Source: a virus
Lineage: Duplodnaviria; Caudoviricetes
IMG/VR virus record: IMGVR_UViG_3300047160_036266
Coordinates: 96,001 to 160,000 of that record
DNA: 64,000 nt
Strand: one strand, 5' to 3'
Below are positions 52,401 to 62,743 of this stretch, piece after piece (the first letter of the stretch is position 1; each line of letters opens with the position of its first letter). Made by a program: the position numbers and the translations under genes. The notes below the pieces were generated by a model, which saw only the letters and a list, made by a program, of their open reading frames with translations, had not been told where the DNA came from and ran no database searches.

Positions 52401-53021
52401 TCAGGTGGCAGGTAGAAGTAACCCCCGTTCTTCACGGGGGCTGTCTCTGATGGCTTCCTCGACCTCCTGCTTGATGCGTTCGAGTTCTCGGTTGTGTTCC
52501 ACGGCCTGGCGTTTTTCAATAACCCGCTGTTCGAGAATCTTCAGGTCCACTTCGTCGTTGTTGTTGAGCAGGTCGTCCGGGAGCGTGTAGTCTTCGTCCC
52601 ACTCGAAGATGTCGGTCTTGATGGGGCTGATCCGGTCGATTTTGCGGCCTTCCATGTAGGCCCGGACGGCGCAAATGGTCTTGCGGTAGACCTCGACGGT
52701 CTTTTCGTCACGGGCGCTGTTCTTGAGCAGGTAGAGCCAGAGGAGATGGGCTGGGTCGTCGGGGCCTTGAAACTTCAGCTTGGTGAGGGCGGCACATAGA
52801 GCTTCCGTCTTCTCGACGCCGTAGACGATCAGGGCTTTGCAGATCACCGCCGGGACAGCGGCGCTGGCCCGTTTGTGGGTAGGGAGCTTGTCAAGCACCC
52901 AGCGGATTTTGTCCTCGTGACGGCGCAGGAAGGCAGCTTGCTGCTTCTTGTTCGCCGGAAGTCGCCCATAGTTCGGTCCCTTCATCATCTGGTTGGCGAC
53001 CATCTGCGTCAGGTCATTCAT
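52401..53021 (-). CDS. Paralog of the C-terminal half of the ParB-like protein at 60050
   Basis: KALIVYG...C..L.KL.FQG..DPA..L..YL...YRKTI.A..A.ME.R matches 60050..61291. Confidence 0.6.
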   Translation of the reverse strand: MNDLTQMVANQMMKGPNYGRLPANKKQQAAFLRRHEDKIRWVLDKLPTHKRASAAVPAVICKALIVYGVEKTEALCAALTKLKFQGPDDPAHLLWLYLLKNSARDEKTVEVYRKTICAVRAYMEGRKIDRISPIKTDIFEWDEDYTLPDDLLNNNDEVDLKILEQRVIEKRQAVEHNRELERIKQEVEEAIRDSPREERGLLLPAT

Positions 53022-53080
53022 TTGAGCGCAGTCCTCCTTTCGTTCCTTGATTGTACCGTGGGCAACATCACCCGTCAAAG

Positions 53081-53716
53081 TTAGCGCAAAGGCGGCGGGT
53101 CGAGCAGCTTGCAGGGCCACTCCTCGCCGCAGTACATGCAGTTGACCTTGCCGGGGATGAGGCACATGCGGTCGATGGCGGTGATGGTGTCTTCCGACAC
53201 GACGATGCGAAGGGAGGCGATGGTGAGTAGTGGTACGGGCTGGCCCCAGCCCTGCTTGACGATCTCGATGAAGTTGCGGAGGGTCTGTTCGGGGAAGTCG
53301 GTGATCTTCTCGTCCTCCAGCACTTCCAGGGGCGTGAAGCCTTCCACGCCGCATTTGGCGCAGTTGAAGGCACCGGCGTCCTCCAGCCTCCTGCCCTTGA
53401 GCAGTGGGGCCAGGTGGTACTCCTGGCGGCAGTGATCGCAGTTGACGCGATCCGGGACCACCTGGAGGTTGAGGCCGGGCGGTGTCGCGTTGACGCCCTC
53501 AGAGCGAAGCTGGGCCACGTTCAGGTCCAGTTCGTAGATTTTCTGCATCGCCTCCTCGCCGTAGCGCTCCAGGGCGACGGCAAAGCCGGTGCGGTCGCCC
53601 CCGAACTGCACCGTGGTCGCGTTTATCCACACGCTCTGTCGGCAGCGCTTGCACTGGATGAAATACGCCGGGTACAGGTCCACGGTCGTCACGGTGTCTC
53701 TCCTGGTGGCGATCAT
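53081..53716 (-). CDS. Multi-CxxC zinc-binding protein
   Basis: CKRC, CDHC, CAKC, CMYC. Confidence 0.6.
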   Translation of the reverse strand: MIATRRDTVTTVDLYPAYFIQCKRCRQSVWINATTVQFGGDRTGFAVALERYGEEAMQKIYELDLNVAQLRSEGVNATPPGLNLQVVPDRVNCDHCRQEYHLAPLLKGRRLEDAGAFNCAKCGVEGFTPLEVLEDEKITDFPEQTLRNFIEIVKQGWGQPVPLLTIASLRIVVSEDTITAIDRMCLIPGKVNCMYCGEEWPCKLLDPPPLR

Positions 53717-53719
53717 ACG

Positions 53720-54124
53720 TTAGCTCCCCCTGTTGGCACCACACTTGAACAAAACGGCACGAACGTGGCGCAGCATCTCATAACGGTCCCGGTCCTTCAG
53801 CCCGTCAAAGTCGATGCCCGCCGTCAACAGCATGTGGGCAATATCGAGGCCGTCAATGACCGTCAAAACCTCGACGGCTTCCAGGGTCACGAAGCTGACG
53901 TGGCGGGGGTGCCGACACCGGCTGCCGTTGCGGCAGGACCGATTGTGGACCTTCATGCCGGCGTTCAGCTTGCCGACCAGGGCTTCGACCTCCCCGGCCC
54001 GGTGGGCACGCTCGCCGGGGAACCAGGGGCGACTCAGGGGTTGCGGCCCGCCGTTGTCCAGCAGCGAACGCAGGACCAACGTGGCGCTGGTCGTGGCCTT
54101 TAACTCCGGGATGGTGAATTTCAT
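53720..54124 (-). CDS. Hypothetical protein
   Basis: MKFTIPELK..., GGAGG RBS. Confidence 0.5.
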   Translation of the reverse strand: MKFTIPELKATTSATLVLRSLLDNGGPQPLSRPWFPGERAHRAGEVEALVGKLNAGMKVHNRSCRNGSRCRHPRHVSFVTLEAVEVLTVIDGLDIAHMLLTAGIDFDGLKDRDRYEMLRHVRAVLFKCGANRGS

Positions 54125-54588
54125 CGACCCTCCTCCTCCTCCCACGGTGCGTCAATCGAGCGGTACTCGGTTTTCTTCTTGGGCGGGATGATCGGCTGGC
54201 CAGTCATCGGGTCGGCCTGGGCGTTGAAGAGCATCGTCACCGGAACCTCCTTGCCGGCGGCACGGAGGCCGTGCAAACGCATCAGCCCGTCTGCCAGACC
54301 GCCCTGGGGGTCGGTGGCGATAACGCTGGGAAGGAAGCGGCCTTCGAGGATGTCCTGGGCGTAGGCGTCCACCATCTTCTGGTTGGGCAGGCGGCACCCT
54401 GCCCCGGCACAGTCCAGAAGCTCCTGGGCCATTTCCGGCGTCACGGTGACGATCTCCTGGTAGCAATGGGGTGCGCGCGTGTAATGGTGCCACGGTCGCT
54501 TGCCCTTCTTGATTTCTTCGCGCTGCCGGCGCAGATAATACGCCTGGTTCTCCTTGCCTTTTTCTTCTGGCGTCATAGTTGTTTCCAC
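54121..54588 (-). CDS. Paralog of the N-terminal ParB-like domain of the protein at 60050
   Basis: VTVTPEMAQELL...V.AYA.DI..G......DGLMRL. Confidence 0.6.
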   Translation of the reverse strand: METTMTPEEKGKENQAYYLRRQREEIKKGKRPWHHYTRAPHCYQEIVTVTPEMAQELLDCAGAGCRLPNQKMVDAYAQDILEGRFLPSVIATDPQGGLADGLMRLHGLRAAGKEVPVTMLFNAQADPMTGQPIIPPKKKTEYRSIDAPWEEEEGR

Positions 54589-55058
54589 TCCTCGTTGCGG
54601 CGTTCATATTCCTCTTGGGAGAACGCCGAGTGTTGTTGAAACTCCTCCAGGGAAGGAACGGCCAATGAAGGTGTGCTGTCCGGCAAGGGGCGGTCTTTGT
54701 TGGCTTCGTACCAGCGGAATACCCGGCGCTTGTCGCCCTCGCTCATTACCCCGACCTTGCCGGAGTCAAGCAGGGACGCGAAGAAGAAGTCCCCCACCAG
54801 GCCGCACGAGTTGTACGGCAGGTGACGCACCAGGCCGTTGCCGTTGACGCACACATGAACCTTACCGCCCAGGTGGACCCATTCGGGATTGCCGCCGACA
54901 AGGTAGCTGGCAGCTTCTTTGTCCGTCTCCCAGCGCAGAATGCCCGATGCAGGCGTGATGCCGGCGCAGAAGAGTTGGGTGACGTAGGGTTCGTCACCGA
55001 CCTTCTTCACTACCACTTCCACCTTCGGCGGTGGCTTCTCCTTTGCCTTCTTCCCCAT
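54573..55058 (-). CDS. Hypothetical protein
   Basis: MGKKAKEK... Confidence 0.5.
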   Translation of the reverse strand: MGKKAKEKPPPKVEVVVKKVGDEPYVTQLFCAGITPASGILRWETDKEAASYLVGGNPEWVHLGGKVHVCVNGNGLVRHLPYNSCGLVGDFFFASLLDSGKVGVMSEGDKRRVFRWYEANKDRPLPDSTPSLAVPSLEEFQQHSAFSQEEYERRNEEWKQL

Positions 55059-56067
55059 CCTTCTTGTCCTCGACAACATAATCCAGCAACGCTTGCGCGA
55101 TCCGGCAGTAGTTCCCGTCGTCGTTGAAGACGACGTGAATCTTGTCATTGCGGGCACGCATGGGCTTGACCTGCGTACCCCGAAGAAAGACCCCAGCTTC
55201 CACGCGCACGGCCTTCTTCGGCACCTTGCGCTTTGCGCCCATCGGCAGGCCGATAAAGCCGCCCTCCGGCACCCGCCACACCTGCACGTCCTCGATAAAG
55301 CGCAGGGCCGGGTGGCGGGCCTTTTCCTTCGCCAGCACAATGTTCAATTCGCGTGCCCGCCGCTGGGCAAAAGCTTCCTCCTCAGCGATCCCCAGCTTCA
55401 TCTGTTTGAGCCGGACGCTGGTAATGGTCTGGCCCAGCTTGATGTTCTCCCGGTAGACCTGGCGCATCTTGCGCAGGCCGTCCATCGTCAACTCCTTGGC
55501 TGAGCCTTTGAGGATGTTGCAGATGGTACACATGGTCTGGAGGTTGTCCAGGTGTTCGGGGCCGTCGTGGGCCACGGGGATGATGTGGTCCTTGGTGAAC
55601 AGCACGTCCCGCCCGTCCTCGACGCCGTAGAGGTTGAAGTGGGGCCGGGGCGTGTGCCTGGCCTTCTCCAGTACCATCTTCGTGCCGACCAGGCCACAGC
55701 AGACGCAGGTGCAGGCATCGCGTCGGAAGCACTGGTAACGCAGGCTGCTCATCTTGACCATGAAGGCTTCGCCCGCCGCCGTGGTGTACTGGCGCTGGCC
55801 CTTGTCGTCTTCGGGCGTCAGGAAGCTCAGGACTTCCTCCACCGGCCACTCGCCCAGGATGATCTTCTTGGGCTGTTTCTCGACCACCGGCTGGACGCGC
55901 ACTTTCAATTTCCAGCCCTGGAGAATATCGGCTGGAATATATTGGCTCAGGACGTTTTCAAAATAATGGATGGCCTGGGCGTTGGCCTGGTGAATATCAC
56001 CATCGGCCTCCATGTCCCAGATGACGGTGGCGAGGCCCTTGAACTTTTTACTGGTTGGGGTGGTCAT
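54994..56067 (-). CDS. HNH endonuclease family protein
   Basis: CVCCG, FTKDHIIP...G....NLQTMCTICN..KG. Confidence 0.8.
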   Translation of the reverse strand: MTTPTSKKFKGLATVIWDMEADGDIHQANAQAIHYFENVLSQYIPADILQGWKLKVRVQPVVEKQPKKIILGEWPVEEVLSFLTPEDDKGQRQYTTAAGEAFMVKMSSLRYQCFRRDACTCVCCGLVGTKMVLEKARHTPRPHFNLYGVEDGRDVLFTKDHIIPVAHDGPEHLDNLQTMCTICNILKGSAKELTMDGLRKMRQVYRENIKLGQTITSVRLKQMKLGIAEEEAFAQRRARELNIVLAKEKARHPALRFIEDVQVWRVPEGGFIGLPMGAKRKVPKKAVRVEAGVFLRGTQVKPMRARNDKIHVVFNDDGNYCRIAQALLDYVVEDKKDGEEGKGEATAEGGSGSEEGR

Positions 56068-56629
56068 GGTCGTCTCCGGTCCAGGGGTTCTTCCAGCACT
56101 CCCGGAGCCGCTGCTCTACCAGGGGTGGAACCCCTAGCTGGTCGCCGCCCGTCGAAATGCCGATCAGGGCTTGCACAAGGCGCTGCTCGTAGCGATAGTT
56201 GCGAACCTCGTCGTTGAGAAATAAAACGTGGTACTGCTTCCAGGCGCAGAATATGCGGCTCCACACGCCGATCTCGCGTTCGGGGTGGGCGTCGCGCATG
56301 AAGCCCACTTCCCACTGCTCCAGGGTGTACTTCTCGTCGTAGACGTAGCGGCCCACTGTCTGGAACAACATCCTGATCTTGGGCAGTAGGTCCGCCGGCA
56401 AGCTGCTGTGGCGGATCGGGGCATCCTTCAGGTCGCCCACGTTGACGCGAATCAACTCGCCCGTCTCCACGTCTCGCGCCTGGATGGTCGGCCCGATGTT
56501 TTCACCGTAGTGCCGCTCGTGGATCACCAGGCCCTTGGCGTGCCGGCGCTTCTTGTCGATCTCGCGCTGCTTGGCCCGTTCGCGTTTGGCCCGCCGTTTG
56601 CGCTTCTTGCGGTCATCTTCTCGACTCAT
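56048..56629 (-). CDS. Hypothetical protein
   Basis: 193-aa ORF with basic N-terminus. Confidence 0.55.
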   Translation of the reverse strand: MSREDDRKKRKRRAKRERAKQREIDKKRRHAKGLVIHERHYGENIGPTIQARDVETGELIRVNVGDLKDAPIRHSSLPADLLPKIRMLFQTVGRYVYDEKYTLEQWEVGFMRDAHPEREIGVWSRIFCAWKQYHVLFLNDEVRNYRYEQRLVQALIGISTGGDQLGVPPLVEQRLRECWKNPWTGDDHDHPNQ

Positions 56630-56703
56630 GTTGCCCTCGCCGGAAACGCACCACAGGCAGGGAGATTATCCCTGCCTATGGTACTGCGGAATGTCCAGGT
56701 TGT

Positions 56704-58104
56704 TTACTCGAAGTCCGCCAAGTTGTAGACGTTGCACTCCTTGGGGACGTAGGTGCCGACGATGTTCTTCATGTTGTAGCTGGTCCCGCCGCTGATGAAC
56801 CAGTACCACTGCTCCGGCGTTTTCGGCTCCACCTTGTTGCCCCAGCCGTCCGTGATGACGAAGACCGCCTCCGGGTAGCGCCCGGCGTTCTCGCCCTCCT
56901 TCATTTCCTTCTGGATGAATTTCTCCAGAATGTCGAAGGCCGTGCCGCCGCCTCCGTAGACCTTCTTGGACGCGAGGGTGGTTTCCTTGACCACGGTATC
57001 GAAGCAGAACAGGCGAATGTCGAAGCGCTCTTCGGGCAGGCTCTCGGCAGCCTGGAAGAAGCGGTCCTTGAGGCCCCAGCACGAGCCGGACGTGTCGAGG
57101 AAGAAGTAGACCTTGATGCGGTGCTTCTCCTCGTTGACTTCCTCAATCTCCATGTCCGAGGGCAGGAACATATCCTTGGGCAGCATCGAGAAGCGGCGGT
57201 TGAGTCGCGCCCACTGCTCCCGGTCCTTGCTGTCCGCAATCATGTACTTCCGTGCCCACTTCTTGATGACGGACTCCCACTTCTTTTTCTTTTTCACCTT
57301 CTCCGTGGTGACGAAGTGCCACTGCCCGCCGGTGCCGGTGCCGGCCTTCTGTTCCTCCTGCTCAAAGTGCTTGTCGATGATGGCCTTGAGGGATTCCTTT
57401 TCCTCTTTGCTCAGGCCCTCGTCCAGCCGGTCGATGACTTCCGAGAAGTCGCTGTCGTTCATCAGGCTGTGATCGTCCACCGTACCCAGGCCGTCGCCGG
57501 GCTTGCCGTCGCCCTTCTTGCCGGTGCCGACGCGAATGCGGGGCAGCGTGATCTTTTCAAACTGGTTGATGTAGTATTCAAAGCAGTCGTCGTCCGGGAT
57601 CGGACGGCCCTTGTCCGTCTTGATCGAGCCGTCCGGCTGCTTGAACACGGTGTCCACCCAGCACAGCTTGTCCCAATTGGCAATATGATGCCGGTCGAAG
57701 CCGAAGCTGCGCAAGAGCATGTGGTTGACCACAACATCCAGCGCGACGTTGCAGGCGCGAGGGTCGTCGGTGTCCTTGATGCGGACGCCGTGGTTGAGGA
57801 TGACGTGCAGCGCCTCGTGGCAGATCGTGAAAAGCCGCTCGTAGGGCGTGCAGGACGCCCAGAATTCCGGGTTGAAGTGGAAATATACGAAGTCCCCGCC
57901 CCGGTCGAACTGGATGGCGGCGGTTTCCACGGCGTCGGAGAAGATCGGCTTGCCCATCTCCCACAGCTTGTAGAAGACGGCGTGGTGCTGCTCAAGCTGA
58001 GCGCAAATATCGAACCACTCCTCCTTCTTCATCGGCTTGAAGTTGATCGGCTTCTTGTCCCGGCCCTGCGGCGGGGCGTCTGGCGTTGCGGTCGGATTCG
58101 ACAT
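56704..58104 (-). CDS. Metallopeptidase (HExxH)-VWA protein (DUF2201-like)
   Basis: ICHEALHVIL.H, NVALDVVVN, FLDTSGS, CFDT, GGGTAF, VITDG. Confidence 0.85.
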   Translation of the reverse strand: MSNPTATPDAPPQGRDKKPINFKPMKKEEWFDICAQLEQHHAVFYKLWEMGKPIFSDAVETAAIQFDRGGDFVYFHFNPEFWASCTPYERLFTICHEALHVILNHGVRIKDTDDPRACNVALDVVVNHMLLRSFGFDRHHIANWDKLCWVDTVFKQPDGSIKTDKGRPIPDDDCFEYYINQFEKITLPRIRVGTGKKGDGKPGDGLGTVDDHSLMNDSDFSEVIDRLDEGLSKEEKESLKAIIDKHFEQEEQKAGTGTGGQWHFVTTEKVKKKKKWESVIKKWARKYMIADSKDREQWARLNRRFSMLPKDMFLPSDMEIEEVNEEKHRIKVYFFLDTSGSCWGLKDRFFQAAESLPEERFDIRLFCFDTVVKETTLASKKVYGGGGTAFDILEKFIQKEMKEGENAGRYPEAVFVITDGWGNKVEPKTPEQWYWFISGGTSYNMKNIVGTYVPKECNVYNLADFE

Positions 58105-58197
58105 GGGGGTTCCTCCGGTTAGGTGATCTGGAGAGCCAGGTACACGAACCCGCCGGGTGGTCAGAATTTCCCGGCGGATTCGTGGCGCGTTTTATTT

Positions 58198-59826
58198 TCA
58201 AACGCTGGCGGGCTGGCCGGAGCCGGACGGTGTGAACAGCTTGTTCGCCAGGCCGGCGTCCTTGATCTTCTCCAGCAGGTGGCGCATCCGTCCGCCGTGC
58301 GTGCCGACAATATCGACCCAGCCCTTGCCCGTCCCTTGGGCCACCTGGGCGATGCAGTGGTTGACCATGTTGATGAGCAGCTTGAGCGACACGCTGCCCA
58401 CGGTGCTGGTCCAGCAGCGGCCCACGATCAGGTCGAACAACTCCAGGGTCGCCAGGGCGTCGTCGGGCATCATGACCTTGGGGATGTTGGTCATGATCTG
58501 GTTGTACAGCTTCATGCGCTGCTGGGTCGTGTCCATCTGCTCGCGCTTCATCTGCGCGACCTGCTGCGCCCACGCCACGTTTGACGCCGGCTTCTCATTG
58601 TAGTGCGCCGGGGCCGGCTGGGACGCGCCCGCCCCCACGAAGCTGGAGGCCATGACCTGATTCTCGGTCAGGGCCTTGCGGATGCGCTTGACCAGCTTCT
58701 TGTTCTGGTTCGCGTTGAGAATGTCCTTCATCACCGCCTGGAAGTGCGGGTACTGACCGCCACGGGCGCAGATGAAGCGGCAGGCCCGGTCGTTGCTGCT
58801 CATCAGCACCGACAGCTTTTCCTTGTTCAGCAGCGGCAGGAAGAACTCCATCAGCGTCTCGCTATCGGTGATATAGCGGATGGCGCTGTTGTAGTTGTTC
58901 TCGTTGCTGAGGAACAACCGGGCCGCAGTGGTGTCCTTGGCCTTGTAGAATTCCTCCACCTTGTCGCTGGCCGGGCCGACGTTGAGAACCTGGCCCAGCT
59001 TCGTGACGTTGCTGCTGACGGGCAGCACGTCCCGAATATCGCCCTTCACTTCCCAGAGGTTCAGAGCGTACTCCAGCCGGCGGGGGCTGACCTTGTTCTG
59101 CTCCTCTTCGGACAACTCATCCCACCAGGAGATCGCCGCCTTGGCAACGCGATCCCCGAAGCGCTGGATGAACCACGTCGCGCTCGGCTTGTACGGGACC
59201 GTGACCGTGATATGGAAGCGGTCGGCCTGGGCGGGGTCGATCTTCTCCACGTCGTACTCGCTCTCCTCGTCCTCCGGGTTGATAGCCGCCCACACCACCT
59301 TGAGGTTGGGGAACGGTTTGCCGTTGATGGACTTGAATTGCAAGCACTCCATCACGGCATTACGGACCTTCTTCGGGCTGCGGTTGAATTCATCGAAGAA
59401 TAGCGCCTCGACCTTCGCCTGCGCGAACGCCTTCGGGCGGACCAGATCGAGATAGGTCAGGCCGTCCTGGCGGTCCAGGGCGTGGGAGACGACCTTCTTG
59501 CAGGCATCGCTGCCCAGGTGCCAGTTCTTCTCCACCCACTCGTAGGCCATCTCCAGGTCGATGGCAGCCAGTTCCTTGATGATGGAGAACGCCTCCGGCA
59601 CCTTGTCAGTGATGCGCTCCTTCGGAACGCCCACAAGGTCCACCCACGGGTCCAGCGTGGACGCCGAGAAGTACAGGAAGGTTTCACCCAGCACCAGATC
59701 GTGCCGCTCGAAGCACGACTTTATCATGGCCGTCTTGCCGACGCCGTGCTTGCCGACGAACAGCACGTTCTGCTCATGCTCCAGCCAGAAGTCCAGTTTC
59801 TCATCCCGAACAGTGGTCGCGCTCAT
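58198..59826 (-). CDS. MoxR-like AAA+ ATPase
   Basis: GKHGVGKT, DLVGVP, LFFDEFNR, AAINP, DPAQADRF. Confidence 0.88.
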   Translation of the reverse strand: MSATTVRDEKLDFWLEHEQNVLFVGKHGVGKTAMIKSCFERHDLVLGETFLYFSASTLDPWVDLVGVPKERITDKVPEAFSIIKELAAIDLEMAYEWVEKNWHLGSDACKKVVSHALDRQDGLTYLDLVRPKAFAQAKVEALFFDEFNRSPKKVRNAVMECLQFKSINGKPFPNLKVVWAAINPEDEESEYDVEKIDPAQADRFHITVTVPYKPSATWFIQRFGDRVAKAAISWWDELSEEEQNKVSPRRLEYALNLWEVKGDIRDVLPVSSNVTKLGQVLNVGPASDKVEEFYKAKDTTAARLFLSNENNYNSAIRYITDSETLMEFFLPLLNKEKLSVLMSSNDRACRFICARGGQYPHFQAVMKDILNANQNKKLVKRIRKALTENQVMASSFVGAGASQPAPAHYNEKPASNVAWAQQVAQMKREQMDTTQQRMKLYNQIMTNIPKVMMPDDALATLELFDLIVGRCWTSTVGSVSLKLLINMVNHCIAQVAQGTGKGWVDIVGTHGGRMRHLLEKIKDAGLANKLFTPSGSGQPASV

Positions 59827-60049
59827 GGGGGCCGTCTCCTTCAGTTTGGTGTCTCGTTGCCGCCTCTGCCCCTACTGGTACACGTTACGCCCTAGCGGTC
59901 AGAATTTTTCGGGGCTGCGTTCCTTTTTTCTCATCGGCACGCCGGAAGCAGATATTCAACATTACGGCGGATTGTACCAGTTGTAAACCTCGAAAACAAG
60001 AAAACCCCGGCGAACCGGGGATTCTTGTTTTCCAGGGCGGGGAGGGCGC

Positions 60050-61291
60050 TCACGGCTGGCCCTCTTGCTGCTGCGGCTGAGGCTGCTGTCCGGCCCCGGA
60101 GGGAGCGCCCGGCGGCACTTCCCAGCCCGGCAACCAGGGGAAGATGTCGTCGTCCTGCTCGTAGAGCTTGGCGACGGTGCGATCCTCCATCAGCGCCGTG
60201 ATCGCCGCCAGCGTCTTCTTGTAGGTCACGAGCGGGTTCTGGGAACGGGTGGCCTTGGCCCGCTGCAAGAAGATGTAGAGGGCCTTGGCCGGGTCGCCGT
60301 CGCCGGAGAACTGTAACTGCTTGAAGCGCTTGCAGAACGGCTTCAGCTTGTCCTCCCCGTACCAGATGACGGCCTTGGCTACCGCCGCCTGCACGTCCGC
60401 TCGCGTGTTGGGCAGGAACTCCCCGATCCAGTCGGAGACGTGCTGCCACTTGATGGAGAACTCCACGATCTCCGAGTCGGAGAAGCGGGCGCGATTGGCC
60501 GTGCCACGCATCAGGGCCTTGAGGAAGCCGCTGGTGCGGTTGCCCAGGCTGGGGTCCACCACCATCTGGATGCGCTCGGCGGTCGGGCGCTTCTTGCCGG
60601 AGTCGGCCACGAACTTGGCCTCGTCCAGCACGTTGAAGACGATCCACAGCGGCCAGCCCTTGTTGGCTTCCACGATGGCCAGGCCCCGGTGCTGGCCGTC
60701 GAACATATTGCCGCTCAGGTTGATGCCGATGCCCTCGTGGGACGGCACCCAGCGGTCGTGTTCCACGTCCCGCTTATAAGCCGCCACGGTCTGGGCGCTG
60801 ATATTCCGGTTGTCCGGGTTGTAGCGGAGCAGTTCTTCGGCCATGTCCGGGGTGACGAACACGAACTCGCCGTACTGCGTCCGCTTCTTCGGGTACTGGA
60901 ACCAGGGCTTCTTCAGGTCGTCTTCCAGGGCCTTCGACTCGTAATACTCCTTGTTGGCGAGGGCTTCCTCCCAGATCAGGTCTTTCTGCTGGCGCGACTG
61001 AATGACCTCCGGGATGTCGCCCAGGTCGGGGATTTGGACCGGCTCCAGAACCGCCGGTCCAGCGGCCCCGCCGTCCCGTACCGCCCCAGGAATGGAATGC
61101 TCGCTGTCTGCGGGGGCTTCCTCCGTGGCACCCAAACCCTGACGGATTCGGTGCAACTTCAGGAGGTACATATCGTGGTAGCTGGACCGCCCACCGCCGC
61201 CGCCCTGGCGGGCCGCAAGTCCTTGCAGGCCAGTGCCTTTGGGCTGCGGGCCTCGCGCCGCATCTCGTTTTTCTTTCCGCTTGTTGCTCAC
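60050..61291 (-). CDS. ParB-like (DGQHR) domain protein
   Basis: VTPDMAEELL..N..NR...Y..D....W......DGQHR..AI; start uncertain. Confidence 0.7.
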   Translation of the reverse strand: MSNKRKEKRDAARGPQPKGTGLQGLAARQGGGGGRSSYHDMYLLKLHRIRQGLGATEEAPADSEHSIPGAVRDGGAAGPAVLEPVQIPDLGDIPEVIQSRQQKDLIWEEALANKEYYESKALEDDLKKPWFQYPKKRTQYGEFVFVTPDMAEELLRYNPDNRNISAQTVAAYKRDVEHDRWVPSHEGIGINLSGNMFDGQHRGLAIVEANKGWPLWIVFNVLDEAKFVADSGKKRPTAERIQMVVDPSLGNRTSGFLKALMRGTANRARFSDSEIVEFSIKWQHVSDWIGEFLPNTRADVQAAVAKAVIWYGEDKLKPFCKRFKQLQFSGDGDPAKALYIFLQRAKATRSQNPLVTYKKTLAAITALMEDRTVAKLYEQDDDIFPWLPGWEVPPGAPSGAGQQPQPQQQEGQP

Positions 61292-61515
61292 GTCTGAACG
61301 CCTCCAGAAAGTGCCTCGAAGCAAAGCCCTCTATCTCACTATACGCGAAAGCGGGTTTGCGTAAAGGCTTCCTTCGAGAAAATCTGCCAGAAAACCCGCT
61401 TCCAGCACACGCATGTTTTACCACAGATCGGGCCGGTTGTAAACCTGAATTATTTGTTCACTTCTGAACGCCTGTTCCAAATGGCACGGCCTCTGCAAAG
61501 GGGTACGAAACGTGG

Positions 61516-61544
61516 TTGACAACTTTTCCTGTTCGGAGTACACT
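61516..61544 (+). promoter_or_regulatory. Sigma70-type promoter
   Basis: TTGACA-N17-TACACT. Confidence 0.7.
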
Positions 61545-61587
61545 GGAATGAGGATTTTTGTCTTTCCTGTGCATCGAGGGCTGTGCC

Positions 61588-62361
61588 GTGGGAGTCGAGA
61601 CGACGATTTCGTGGACCGATCACACCTTCAATATTGTATGGGGGTGCGAGAAGGTTTCTCCGGCTTGCGACAACTGCTATGCTGAAGTCTTCGCTCACCG
61701 CATGGGCCTGGACATCTGGGACGACCAGCGGCCCCAAAGCGCCACCAAGGGGAAGACGCAGACGCCCCGGCGGGTTTTCGGTGTCAAGCACTGGAACGAG
61801 CCGCTGAAGTGGCACCGCAAGGCCATCAAGGAAAAGAAGCGCCATCGCGTCTTCTGCGGGTCGATGTGCGACATCTTCGAGAACCACCCCCAGGTCATTG
61901 GGGAGTTGGCGAAGCTCTGGCCGCTCATCAGGGCCACCCCGATGCTGGACTGGCAGCTTTTGACCAAGAGGCCCCACCGTATCAAGCAAAGCCTGCCGCC
62001 CGATTGGGGTCCGACCGGCTACGAAAATGTGTGGCTGGGCACCACCATTGAGAGCAACGAGTATGCGCATCGCGCCAAGCGCCTGATCGAGAACCCCGCC
62101 CCGGTTCACTTCATCAGCTACGAGCCGGCGCTGGGTCCGCTGGATACGCTGGACCTGACCGACATCGAGTGGGTGATTTACGGCGGCGAAAGCGGCGCTC
62201 ACCGCCGTCCCGAAGACCTTCAGTGGGCCAGGGACATGGAAAAGCGCTGCACCCAGGCGGGCGTGGCCTTTTGGTTCAAGCAGTCGTCCGGCCTCAAATC
62301 GGGAACGAACCCGACCCTGGATGGCGTTCAACATCACCGCTTTCCCCTGGCCCTGGTGTGA
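61588..62361 (+). CDS. DUF5131 (phage Gp37/Gp68) radical-SAM-like protein
   Basis: ISWTDHTFN...GC.KVSP.C.NCYA, VFCGSMCDIF, LLTKRP, NVWLG, FISYEP.L, WVIYGGESG. Confidence 0.88.
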   Translation: MGVETTISWTDHTFNIVWGCEKVSPACDNCYAEVFAHRMGLDIWDDQRPQSATKGKTQTPRRVFGVKHWNEPLKWHRKAIKEKKRHRVFCGSMCDIFENHPQVIGELAKLWPLIRATPMLDWQLLTKRPHRIKQSLPPDWGPTGYENVWLGTTIESNEYAHRAKRLIENPAPVHFISYEPALGPLDTLDLTDIEWVIYGGESGAHRRPEDLQWARDMEKRCTQAGVAFWFKQSSGLKSGTNPTLDGVQHHRFPLALV

Positions 62362-62708
62362 AAAAGAAACTGACCCCGCTGGAAATACCCGGCGACATCA
62401 ACTTGTATGATGAATTGGTGGCGATGGCCGGGAAGAACCCGGATGTCGCCGCCCTGGTGGATTGTCTGCACCGTACCATGCAGCATTTTGAGATTCCACG
62501 CGAGCGCTGGCGTGAGGTCGGCAACGTGGTGCAGCGATTCTCCATGTTACTGTGTCTTCAGGACGAGCAGGTGAGCGTTGATACCGATGACCCTGGCGTT
62601 CATGCGCTCATCGACCTGACGGAGCATTATAACAAACTGGCCGGGAAGGAACTAGAGGGGAAGGAGGTTGACCCCTTCCCCTCCTGGCCTCGGCGCTTTT
62701 CAAAATAA
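62358..62708 (+). CDS. Hypothetical protein
   Basis: GTG start overlapping the upstream stop (GTGA). Confidence 0.5.
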   Translation: MKKKLTPLEIPGDINLYDELVAMAGKNPDVAALVDCLHRTMQHFEIPRERWREVGNVVQRFSMLLCLQDEQVSVDTDDPGVHALIDLTEHYNKLAGKELEGKEVDPFPSWPRRFSK

Positions 62709-62743
62709 GAGCGTGGCCCATATATACTCTCAGGGAGGATATA

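Noticed and set aside
46717-60000. Long antisense ORFs (e.g. 48685-50187, 47224-48375, 57121-58122; also 17032-18249 and 14271-15533 elsewhere)
   Set aside because: They are shadows of well-supported opposite-strand genes in GC-rich DNA with biased third positions and show no motifs.
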